A model generated the notes under the pieces. It saw only the letters and a list, made by a program, of their open reading frames with translations, had not been told where the DNA came from and ran no database searches. A stretch of 64,000 bases of DNA from Takakia lepidozioides (lineage: Eukaryota > Plantae > Bryophyta), in assembly GCA_030704615.1 (NCBI GenBank), contig CM060731.1, positions 30,752,001-30,816,000 of the forward strand, read 5' to 3'. The translations under genes and the position numbers were made by a program. Positions 1 through 10,946 of the stretch are shown here, one piece after another (position 1 is the stretch's first letter; each line of letters opens with the position of its first letter).

Positions 1-941
1 TTTAAGACTATCTTTCACTAGTTTAAGAGGCCCCAAAAACACAATAAAAGAAGAACAGACTCCTCTTGTTCTTCAATCTAGTCTCATTTCCTTGTTTTGG
101 CCTCTTGCTTGTGTAGTTAGTTTTGAGCTTGAGGAGCTAGTTCCTAGAGAGTTGAGCTTGGTGGCTCTCTAGTATTAGAAGCAAGCATATTGAGAGCAGG
201 ATAGTCCTAGCTCAAGGCCTTGTGGCCATTTGAGGCAAGAAGTAGAGGAAGCGCTCCATGAAGTGGGAGACTCGAGGACGAGTAGGAGTGTCGGAGGAGG
301 ACCAAGCTTGAGTACCATTCTACCGAGCGATTTAGTGCATCCCAAGCACCATTTGTTTCAGAGGGTGACTTATCATACATTCTTGACCTTTGAATTCATT
401 AATTTCATTTGTTGTTCAAGCTTTGTCCAAGGAAAAGACCTTATAAGCATTGTTTGCTAGAAATCTATAAAAACTAACCCTCTTTCAAAGAGGATGTGTG
501 TGCATCTCTATGTACATGTGTGAAGAGCACAGGTGTGAAACCCCAGGAGACAGGGCCTTAGGAATCTAACCCAATTACGTCATGGAAGTGAGGGTAGATG
601 TCCATTATTATGTTTAAGGAGAGGGCGAGCTTGCATGAAGTGGCGAAGCTCTTGTCAAATTTCTCTTTCTAGCTTAGTGACGATGGCCATATTGCATGAG
701 ATGGCGAAGCTATCGCCAAAATTTCCATATTATTAAGATCATATCTATGATTCATAAGCCCCATGGCCATAGAGGACCATGGGAGGCGTTGCTAACTAAC
801 TTATAAGTGGTTAAGCTTTTTTGTAGAGGGCTGCCAAAAAGGGCAGAGCCCAGCACTTAAGTGTCGGCGCCTTAGGCGCCTTTGGGTTGGAGGTCAACCA
901 AGGAGGTTGCCTAGAATCGCCATGGAGTGGCACATCTAACA
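1..941. mobile_element. Probable LTR (end of an LTR retrotransposon or solo LTR) inserted into Mutator-like copy A
   Basis: Non-coding stretch ending ...CATCTAACA at 941 (TGTTAG on the minus strand, a typical LTR terminus), exactly where homology of copy A to copy B stops. The other end is outside the window. Confidence 0.5.
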
Positions 942-1193
942 CGGGTGGCACGACCTGGGAAAATCGGAATCGAGGATGCGCAGGAGCCACGGACTCCTCA
1001 GACCAAGATCGTCACCCCGCTCGAAGGCATAGTGGCCTAGGATATACTCAAAAGCCACCAATGTTTCCACAATCGAACCAGTATCTTCTGTGTAATCTGT
1101 GTACCAGATAACAATGTCTCCCGATGTGGCCGAATACATTGCATAATCGATGCCTCCAAATGGGCAGTCGTCCCGGTTCCGGAAGCACGACAT
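942..1193 (-). pseudogene. Orphan cargo gene X2, copy A, 3'-truncated by the LTR insertion
   Basis: MSCFRNRDDCPFGGIDYAMYSATSGDIVIW... matches the longer ORF at 41131-41694 and stops at the LTR junction. Confidence 0.6.
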
Positions 1194-1748
1194 CCTTGCA
1201 AAGAAGGACCTGAGGACGACTTGGATGCAGATGACAATGACCTTGCGGACAGCTACGAAGCCCTTAGATTTTGGAAATGATGCGAAGCGGAAGAGCAGTC
1301 CGGCCTCCAATAATGGAGCATCTGGGTCCCACGTACCCACCGACGGAGGTGGAACGTGTTCATCACGCCGGCGGTGGATGAACCCATACATCTTTCTCAT
1401 CAACAAGTTATAGTTTGAGATCTGCCACCGAAGTCCATCCCCCCGGATGGAAATTCGGCGCCGCATTTACATCGAAGAGGGGATGGACTTCGTCGTGTCC
1501 AGTGGCTATCGGCCCACCTGGCAGTGAGTGCCCATAGTTTGCATGGTAGGGTAGGAAACTGAAACGGATACATTCATGAAGCAGCCAATCTTCATCGGTC
1601 CAGGATCCTGTAGGGGGAAATTTAAATGTGCCCTGGAGTGTTTGTGAGGAATTGCAGCGTTAGCTTGAACTTTTTCCAGCCACCGCGCTGCTCCTCCTCC
1701 ATCCGGGAGCTGCTGTCATTGAGCGTACTCCGCTACTCTTTTTCAAGG

Positions 1749-2327
1749 ATGTCGTGCCGCCGAAATCCAGCCGACTGCCCTTATCATGGCCACGATTATG
1801 CTATGTTCAAACCAGAATCAGGAGACATCATTGTCTGGCTCTCTGTTTTCACAGACGCTGCTGGAATCAAGCAAGAGTCTTTGCGCGCAATGGAGTATCT
1901 GGAGGGCTATTACTGCTTTGAGCGAGGTGAGGGCGAGGGTCAATGCGGTCCGTGGGTCCTGAAAATTGTTGACCTCGATATACCAAGCTGGAAAGGGATG
2001 CCGGACAGATCACGCACGGCCTCGCTTTGGCGCTGGAACTGCTGCCAGTGGACCAGGGAGGACGGCACCGGGAAAAACTATATACATGCAGATCACTCCG
2101 CTCTTCCAGTGTATGGAGACATTCGGCTGAGTTGCGAAGACGAATCGCACGGGCACATGAGGCCCACAGTGACCTTGTCAATGTATGATGGTGGTATCAT
2201 TGATGGACATGACATTGTCGTCGGTTCCAGCAAGGGCAGCAGAACGACCGAATTGCAGTTTACCTCGAGGTGCCGCAGCAGTGATGAGCTTGTTTTGAGG
2301 GGTATCAAAGTTCCGTCGACTTGGTGA
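1749..2327 (+). CDS. Orphan cargo gene X1 (~190 aa, Cys/Trp-containing), paralog of X2
   Basis: Open frame MSCRRNPADCPYHGHDYAMFKPESGDIIVW...WRWNCCQW...VYGDIRL...ELVLRGIKVP. Aligns by eye over its full length with X2; both starts have the context CAAGGATGTCGTGC. Confidence 0.65.
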   Translation: MSCRRNPADCPYHGHDYAMFKPESGDIIVWLSVFTDAAGIKQESLRAMEYLEGYYCFERGEGEGQCGPWVLKIVDLDIPSWKGMPDRSRTASLWRWNCCQWTREDGTGKNYIHADHSALPVYGDIRLSCEDESHGHMRPTVTLSMYDGGIIDGHDIVVGSSKGSRTTELQFTSRCRSSDELVLRGIKVPSTW

Positions 2328-2583
2328 AGCCCATGTAGAAGGAGGAAGGGCTTAGTTTTGTCTGCAGTTGGTAAATGTGAGACATTGTGTCCAATCAATA
2401 AATCCATCGTACCTCACTTCTGTATGATTGTGTTTCATTCTGTTGAATAACTCTCGGAATTGGCCCACTGTTTACAATTTGATGTCTCATTTCTACAATG
2501 TGTCTGTCCGGATGAATATAGCAGAGTAACCGGTATGTGAGTCATGTGTCAAGAATATACCAGAGTAACGCCATGTCGGACAT

Positions 2584-3317
2584 TGAAATGCGGCACCGCA
2601 TTTCCATGTCGGCATCGAAATGCGGTGGCGCATTTCCATGTCGGGATCGAAATGCGGTGCATCATTTCCGTCCAGGTACACGAAATACCAACACGGGTCT
2701 ATAAATTGGACAGACAACGAGGTTGGCATTGCAAATGCGGCGACGCATTTCCAGCTTGGCAATGGAAACTTCTTTTTGGACAAGGGAATGCGGTGCCGCA
2801 TTTCCGTCCAACACTTCGAAAAGTGTGACATTTCGACCAGCGCGATGGAATGCGTTACCGCATTTCCGTGAGAGGGTCTGCAAATGGACAAATTGCGATG
2901 TCCGTTCTGGAAATGCGGCGCCGCATTTCCATGTCGGTCATCGACTTTTTTTTTACAATGGAATGCGGTGCCAATTTTTGCTGATGGGCCTGCAGTTCGA
3001 ACAACGACCATCCCCAATATGGAAATGCGGCACCGCATTTCCAATTCCGCCATCTCGACCTCCTTGTTCGACCTCCTTGTTCGACCTCTGTAAGCGTGGT
3101 GGCATCCATGCAATGAGCGGGAGAGGCCAAAACTAGCGTGTGGACAAAGGAAATTTTGGAAATGCGGCACCGCATTTCCAATCGGCCGATTACTTTTTAC
3201 TATGCCAACATTGAAATGGAAAATTTAGTCCCTCCCCTGTTTTGGAAATGCGGTGCCGCATTTCCAAAAGAGGTTCTTAGAGTTGCCAAAATTTTGGAAA
3301 TGCGGTGCCCCATTTCT
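2584..3317. repeat. Palindrome cluster 2 (12 copies of GGAAATGCGGNNCCGCATTTCC-like 22-mer), copy A
   Basis: Copies start at 2584, 2616, 2648, 2731, 2784, 2846, 2909, 2959, 3021, 3158, 3244, 3296, between the convergent 3' ends of X1 and the ParB-MTase gene. Confidence 0.9.
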
Positions 3318-3453
3318 GATTTTGGGAGCGTCGTGGTTTGGGCGATTGTGTGGCTGGAATGCACACTGGAGAGGGGTCACGAATGTCGGGCAGAATTTCC
3401 TTTATATACTTTGGAAGAGAATTTACATTTACAGAGACTTCATTAAAATTCTA

Positions 3454-6400
3454 TTAATCTTGAAAATCATCCGAATCCTCATCCCGTTCTAGACTGTCCT
3501 GCTCCGCCTCCACCCCCTCAGTGCCTTTCTCATCTCCAGCGGACTGCTCGTTGGCCAGGCTTTCGAAAATCCCATCTTCCCCTTGCGGAACTGTCCATCT
3601 CACCTCCGTTGGGTCGTCTTCCTCCCTGTCTGCGTCGCTCTCATCCGCTGAATCACATATGTACTTTCGTACCCGTCTACCTGTCTGAGCTGCTGCCAAC
3701 TCTTTCCTTATCCTTCTGTCCTCCCTAGCCCTCTCCAAAATCTGCTCTACTTTACTGGGATTCTCACTTCTTCTAATCGTTGTATTTGCGAGTTTAGCTG
3801 CATAACTAGGAAGGGAGTAGTCCCTCACCGGGCTCGTCATGAAGTCGGCCCTCGCAAAGAACGGGACATTCTTCCTGGCAGGAAGTGTAGGCCCTACATG
3901 TTTCGACCCGGACCCTGCAATCCTGCACATGACAATCATCAACGAGACTAATGAGAACCACAGTCCAGAAATTGTTTGACAAAAATGACCCAGAAGGCTT
4001 TGCAAACTTACAATGTTTGCACTCACTCGTATTCCGGGTTCTCCTCCGCATCAATGTCCACTGTGTCTTCCTCGGACTCCGACGAATCCGAGGAGACTTC
4101 CGCTCTGTCGGGAGCCTTAACATTCCGTTGCAGCCCTTCCAGATGGGATCCCCACACGGATGAATCCTCCTCGTAGGCAAAGAGGTGCCGGTCGGAAAAC
4201 CGCCCAGCCCACATTGAGGCACCTGTTACAATGCCATCCACACATTACCACATGGCGCTTCAGATGTTGCGAACTACATCCTAACGAGAATTTGCAGAAC
4301 AGCATAGATCAAGATTCTGCATACCTGTCCCACAGATGAGGTCGAGCACTGTGCCCTCCACGTCTGTGCATGTCTCCATAATTGTCTGAATGAAGGCAGG
4401 GCTCCGAGTCCGTGAGTACCGCAGGGGTTCCGTTGAAGTGAGGCTATGAGGGAGAAGTTCCTTGGGAACGTTGTTGAACAGAACGTCGTAATCGAGGGGT
4501 CGCAGTTCGGGTCAACCTTTCCTCCCTCCTTCCGGAAAGCAAAGGTGGAGTTCTCCTTCACAAAGCAGTATGCATCGAACTGCTTCGTCTGCATACACAG
4601 GGGGGAACGATTAGAAACCGAATGCGGCACCGCATTTGAAAACACCCAAGCAAATGAATGGACGAGTGCCAGTGTCGTAATCACCTTCTTCCCTTCCGAC
4701 CGAAGGCCCAGTGTGTTGATGCACGTCCACTTCTTTTTCAGAATCGGGACGGCGCTCTTGCGGGTCCACTTCGCAATTCCTGTCTGAGTGTTTTTTCCTC
4801 TGCTCGCCAGGACAACCACACAGCCTCTGTCGTCCAACACCATGCGGGCAAGCCCGAATCCTTTCTTCCAAAAGTCCTCCGAGTACCTGTCCAAGATGGC
4901 AAAGCTTGCAGTCCTTCCACAGGCTCTCCGTCCGGAATATCCAAGATGATCATATCGCAAGACCACTCGGTGGCATTTCCGCCCCTCCTACAATCCTTGT
5001 CTGCACACACCCTCTCAAAGAACGAGACCATATTCTGAAATCCTGGGGTGTCGGAAGGCTCTTCGGCAGTCGCCTTCTTCAGTGCTCTGCCCTTCAGACC
5101 CTCCATGGTCTTCATGTATGCCAACTTGGCTGCCCGTCCATCCAAAGCCGCCAAGAAACTCTCATTTACACACTGGACTACTGTTTCGGGAGCCACTTTC
5201 GGCCTCTTCATTTCCACCGGCTCGAAAGGGTGCCCCCCTGGGGGGTTGAAGAGTGCCTTCTTTGCCGAGCCAGTTCTCGTGCCTCTCGTGACAACGGTGG
5301 GCACAGGGGAGGCAGCCTGCGTTTGGGGGGGTGGGCTGGTTGCAAAGTCTCCATCGGAGTCCTCTTCCTCACCCTCTTCCTGAACAGGCTGTTTCTGCTT
5401 CTTCGTTTTGGCGGGTGTCACAACAGCTGCTCCTTGCTGGCGAGTCCTCTTCTTCGACCCCTTCTGTTGGGCCTGCACAGCTGCATCCACCGTCTTTTGT
5501 GCCATCTCAGCTGCCTTTCTGGATTCTTCCAGAGCAGCAGATTCCTTTGCCGACTTTGGCCCAGCAGGGACACGTCTTTCCTTTCTCTTCTCTTCTGCCA
5601 AGGCGTGCAGATCTTTCTCAGACTCGTCAACAATACCGCCAGACATGTCCAGGTACCACGGGCATCCAACGAGATGCGCGGGATGCCATTGTTTCTGCAT
5701 CTCGGGTGTGTAGACACAGCTTGGGCCCGCCACGGTCCAAGCCATGAAGAACGGGGGCTCTTGAGCCAGGGCCCCTGTCTGAAGGAGCACGTATTTCATA
5801 TACCTGCAAGGCAGTCAGCATGCGTGAGCAAAAGTTGAGACCAACCTACTCGCAGAGTGCCACCAAAACATAAAATGCGAATGCGGTGCCGCATTTCCGA
5901 GACAAACCTCGTAACCAGGCTTCGCATACAAGGGCAGCTGTGCTTCACCTGTAAACAATTCGCATTGCAGCTTTCCCCGCTCCCTCCTGATGTGTAAACT
6001 CCACGCTCCTTCTTGCTGTCTGTAGCTCTCTGGCGAAAAGGTTGTCCTTGTACGCACATCTGAAACGTGTCACGTAGTCTTCCAATGTCTGTGTTCCATC
6101 CCATTTGACGTACAAGCCGAACAAATTTGTGTGCATTACGACTTGCTCCTTCGCATTCGACATTACCTGCGATTCCCAAATGCATTGTCACGTAGCAGTT
6201 CAGGGAATTCATTTCAGAAAAGCAAATCTGGGGAAGTACCTTGAATTACCTGGAACCACCAAGTCATACGGTTGAGCCACACATCCACTGCAGGGTCGGA
6301 AACTTCGAGTGGAAAAGACCACATTGTCCTTATGCTCTCGGATGCATTCCAGATCGACAGCCACCGTGTCTGCCATTTCCGATCCAATGTCAGGAGCTGG

Positions 6401-8573
6401 AAGAGAGTGGCTATTGCTAGGAAGGAACTTCAGTGCATTGAAACCTCACCTTCTCTTTCGCCTCCACACATGCCGTTGAGAGGTGATGCAGTTTCTCCAA
6501 TTGCATGGTCGGCTGCATGGCCCGAGAATAGTGTTTTGCAATCTCGGGGATGAAGTCCTTTCCAAGTGCCGGATCTGCAATTGCCACCAGCTTCACAAGC
6601 TTTGACTTGTATTTGGTTCTGGACTTGACACCGGCTTCCTTCAAGTGCTCAGTCAATGACTGCAACGTTTTGACCTGCCCCTCACTTTCCATGAAGAAGC
6701 GTTTGGCATGGGCCAAATCCAGCTTGATGTTTGACTGCCAACAAAAACATGCAGAAGCGTTACATTCGATTCATGTGGAAAGATTACTGGAAATTGGGGA
6801 AGGATGAGCAGAGGGAAATTGGAGGACGACTTACTTCGTATATCACCTCCACCATTCCATCCATAGTGAGACGATACCATGTCCGGTCTGTTTTTGCAAC
6901 GGCTTTCTGAATGAGCTCGGGCTCCAGCATTTCCGCAAACATCTGCGGATCAGTGAGACCAGTTTTCCTCACCCTGTACAGCATATGTGCCATGTGGGTA
7001 TGCACGTACGCATTCTCAGTGACCCTGCAAGGCACACTCTCCAGTTCAGTACACGGAAGCACGGAAACAAACCAGAATGGAAACCGAAATGCGGCACCGC
7101 ATTTCGAACGTGCTAGGGAGGGTATGAGTATCTTACGAGTTGAGGTCCGCCATGGCATTCTTGAGCAGGGAGGAGTCTGCCGCCTTCACCTTCAGGATGA
7201 CACACTCCACCATGTAATGCCAGCCAATGTGCTTGGCATGGTTCTGCTTGATGTACTCCCACCAGGCGAGAAGTCGGTGATTCCCGTCCCACACAAAGAA
7301 CATTTTACCAGACATATGGCCGAAGTCTGGATCACCCTTCAGCGTCGCCTCGAATTCGTCGTTGCGAGTGTGCCAGTGGGTATCCCACGTTGACAATTCA
7401 TCGGCAGTGGGTCCACGAGTTTCGCCGTCCTCATTCTCAATGGAAACGTAAAACGCTGCCGATCCCAGACGGTACCCTTCTCGAAATGCGAACTTCAGCT
7501 TATCCACATCTCCGGGAAGGGCCTGCCTGACGATGGGAAGGGAGACCATGCGACAGAGTGGGATTCGAAGAGTCCGCTGGAATACCCTGCTGCCCAGAAC
7601 TCTGCCAATGCTACTGTGTGTCTCCTCCAACATTTTATCCGCTGCACTTTTGAAATCCTCCGGAGACATGTCTGTAGGTGCCGGTAGTGGCTGAGCAGCT
7701 GGAGCATCCTCAACTGGAGCTGCACTCTGGGGCCTGTCTGCGGGCAATTCTGCCATTGCAGAGGCCTCCTCCGGGCCTGCTTGCTCATCGGTGGTGAGGT
7801 CTTGCTGCGAACGTTGAGCGGCAGCACCCTCCTCCGGTACCAAATCGAGATCAACGGTCGATCCCATTGCCTTCGCTGCAGCAGAGTCGGCCCCAACATC
7901 TGCAGGCGGGAAATCCTCCAGGAACTGAGCTTCAGCTCGTGGAAGCGGTTTTGCGGGAGATTGTTCGGCCGTCGCCCTGATTGCCTTCTGCTTCCTCATC
8001 CTTGCAGGTGAAGGTGTCTGCTGCAATTGAATCTGTTTTTTACCCTGCTGCTTCATTCGCGTTGGGGGGGGGTGAATCGGCCTGAGCCGGTTCAGAAGCC
8101 AGTAGAGGACGGGCTGCTTCTTCTTCGACTTTGCTGGAGAAGGGCCCGACCCCTGCTGGCGATTCTCCATGACCGAAGAACGCGAGTCGATCTCTGGGGC
8201 TTTGAACTTGCCCTTCGAAGCCGCGTCTTTGAATCGCACAGGGCTAGGCCCGGCAGGAATACCCGCGCTCGGGGATCGGGTGGGTGTACGTGCTGCAGCT
8301 AGCTCCTCGGACTCTTCCTGCGGCTCTTCGGATTCCTGCGATCCCTCCAGCACGTCCACCTTTCCTGTTAGGCATGCAAACATGTTCTGCATTCAAGTCT
8401 CCTAGCATTCAGTCTAAGAATTACAGAAGCAAAATGGGGGGTTCGGTGCTCGATCAGCTGCGCGCAGCCCGATCGCATGGAGCTCTCACTGGTGGCTGGG
8501 TTGCCTGAGTGGCCTGCTGCTCGGAGATGGCAATCTCCTCCTGTAGACGCATCTGCTTCCTCCCCTTCGGCAT
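3454..8573 (-). CDS. Spliced gene: ParB/Srx-like domain fused to a beta-class N6A/N4C DNA methyltransferase-like domain (copy A; a few 1-bp indels)
   Basis: Phase-consistent GT-AG exons approx. 8573-8490, 8386-7137, 7024-6835, 6734-6450, 6396-6250, 6166-5949, 5803-4685, 4588-4325, 4222-4027, 3922-3454 (first intron boundaries least certain). ParB motif DGNHR at 7274-7288. MTase motif IV-like DMIILDIPD (~4930-4956), then ARMVLDDRGCVVV, then motif I VLDLICGT|G (4349-4325) followed by ASMWAGRFSDRHLFAYEED. 1-bp deletions versus copy B near 4890 and 4500. Confidence 0.75.
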
Positions 8574-9008
8574 TGGCCTACGTCCGAAGTATAATTTTCG
8601 GAGCTTGCGACGAGGTCTCCTGTCTGGTGCACGAACTCCCCCCTCTCAGGTTCGAGCATAAGAAGAACAGAGAGAGGGAAAAGGGGCAAAGAGTGCAGAT
8701 GGAAAGGGCGCGAGAGGGGTGACTGAGGAGACACGACAAAAGTAGATGAAACGGCGGTGATGCACCACTTGGGTTCGAAAAGGTTGGACGAAAGTGTCTC
8801 CTCGTGGAGTTTGCGTCATTACGAAATTCGAATCGTTCAGGGTACGCCTGCCGTCCGAAAAACAAACATCATTATCCAACGGTCAGGCCGCGCCGCCTCA
8901 TGCCCCTTCAGTCAGATAGAGTGCCGACATGTGCAGCAATTCCGTTGCTCCACGTGTTCACATTTCAAGGCATTTCCGTCCCAGCGTCTGATGAGTTGGA
9001 GTGAAAAT

Positions 9009-10532
9009 GCGAATGCGGCGCCGCATTTCCGTTAAGTACCATCACGAAGCTACACATCCGTACTTGTTGGAAGAAAATGCGGCACCGCATTTCCGTTCCA
9101 CCTTCACATACCTTAGTTGTTGAACGGAAATACGGTGCCGCATTTCCGTCCCACAGCTCCATGTATGAGATACAAAAGGAAATGCGGCGCCGCATTTCCG
9201 TTCTGGAATGTCGAAAGGTGCGATTCGGACGGAAATGAGGCACAACATTTCAGTTCCCGTGGTTCATGATTTTCAATGTGAACGGAAATGCGGTACCGCA
9301 TTTCCGTTCCCCCTTCACATACGTTAGTTGATGAACGGAAATGTCGTGCCACATTTCCGTTCGGGAAAGTATAGAGGTCTCACATGGATGGAAATGCGGC
9401 ACCACATTTCCGTACCACAGCTCCAGGCCCCATATACAAAACGGAAATGCGGCGCCGCATTTCCGTTCTAGAATGTCGGAAGGTGCGACTCGGACGGAAA
9501 TGCGGTGCCGCATTTCTGTTCCCGTTGCGCACGATTTTCAGTCAGAACGGAAATGCGGTACCGCATTTCCGTTCTGTAGAGTATTAACGTCTGACGCTGG
9601 CGGAAATGCTGTGCCGCATTTTCGTTCCACAGCTCCATGCCTCACATACAAAACGGAAATGCGGCGCCGCATTTCCGTTTTGGAATGTCGGAAGGTGCGA
9701 CTCCGACGGAAATGCGGTACCGCATTTCAGTTCCGATAATTCAGGATATTTCATCAGAACGGAAATGCGGTGCCGCATTTCCGTTCTGGAATGTTGGGAG
9801 GTGCGACTCGGATGGAAATGCGCTGCCGCATTTCAGTTCCGATGGTTCACGATTTTCAGTCAGAACGGAAATGCGGTACCGCATTTCCGTTCTGGATAGT
9901 ATGAATGTCTCAAGCGGTCGGAATTGCGCTATCTCAAGCGGTCGGAATCGCACTCGGCTCCATGCATCAGATACAAAATGGAAATGCGGCGCCGCATTTC
10001 CGTTCTGGAATGTCGGAAAGTGCGACTCCGACAGAAATGCGGTGCCGCATTTCTGTTCCCGTTGTTCATAATTCTCAATCAGAACGAAAATGCGGTACCG
10101 CATTTCCGTTCCACCTTCACATACCGTGCTTGTTGGATGGAAATGCGGTACCGCATTTCCGTTATGGAGAGTATGAATGTCTTTTAAGGACGGAAATGTG
10201 CTGCAGCATTTCTATCCCTCAGCTCCATGCATCAGATACAAAATGGAAATGCGGCGCCGCATTTCCGTTCTGGAATGTCGGAAAAGTGCGACTCGGACGG
10301 AAATGCGGTGCCGCATTTCTGTTCCCGTTGTTCATAATTCTCAATCAGAACGGAAATGCGGTACCGCATTTCCGTTCCACCTTCACATACCGTGCTTGCT
10401 GGATGGAAATGCGTTACCGCATATCCGTTCTGGAGAGTATAAAGGTTTCCCCCGGACGGAAACTCGGTGCCGCATTTCCGTCGCTCTGGTGCATGACCAA
10501 GAAACAATACGGAAATGCGGCGCCGTATTTCC
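9009..10532. repeat. Palindrome array 1: ~29 units, 53-bp period (22-30-bp palindrome + variable spacer), copy A
   Basis: Units at 9073, 9126, 9178, 9231, 9284, 9337, 9390, 9443, 9496, 9549, 9602, 9655, 9708, 9761, 9814, 9867, 9920, 9980, 10033 ... 10511, between the divergent starts of the ParB-MTase and transposase genes. Confidence 0.95.
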
Positions 10533-10946
10533 GTCCACCAGCAATCGAAAGAATCACTCGGGACGGGAAATCTGGAACCTCAATGGGTTGCATTGTTCCG
10601 AAACAACATTGCGGCCAGTCTTGATGAGCACAACTTGGTTGTCTGACCGTTTTAACTAACAGTCCTGGCACTTGTCAGTGCGAACGTTCCTGTCTGCACC
10701 GAGAATACTGCTGGATCCACCCTCAGGAGAAACTGTCAGGAGATGTTATTTCGTCGCCGAATCGGCCATCATTGTCATACTTACTGGCTATGGAATCAAA
10801 CCTCCCACCTTCATGCATGTAGCTTGAAACAATACTTTCCACTTCAATGTGCGACTTCCAATCGTCGATGGACTCCGCATGGTGCCTGTGAGCCTTGGTC
10901 TGTCGCTATACTGAACCTCGCACTTGCCAACTCCGTGCGGTGTTCG

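Noticed and set aside
4490-4900. 1-bp frameshifts as proof that the copy-A ParB-MTase gene is dead, or as programmed frameshifts
   Set aside because: They are single-base differences in short homopolymers between near-identical copies and may be sequencing errors; undecidable without reads.
9009-10532. CRISPR array (palindromic repeat + ~31-bp spacers)
   Set aside because: Spacers are not unique but fall into five related classes in a higher-order repeat; no cas genes; eukaryotic transposon context; the same motif occurs singly in introns.
8965-10671. Many ORFs with repeated KCGAAFP / EMRHRIS / GNAAPHF peptides (also 2493-3492, 31776-33375, 36832-37463)
   Set aside because: Artefacts of translating a stop-free palindrome in all six frames; the 53-bp period is not a multiple of 3.
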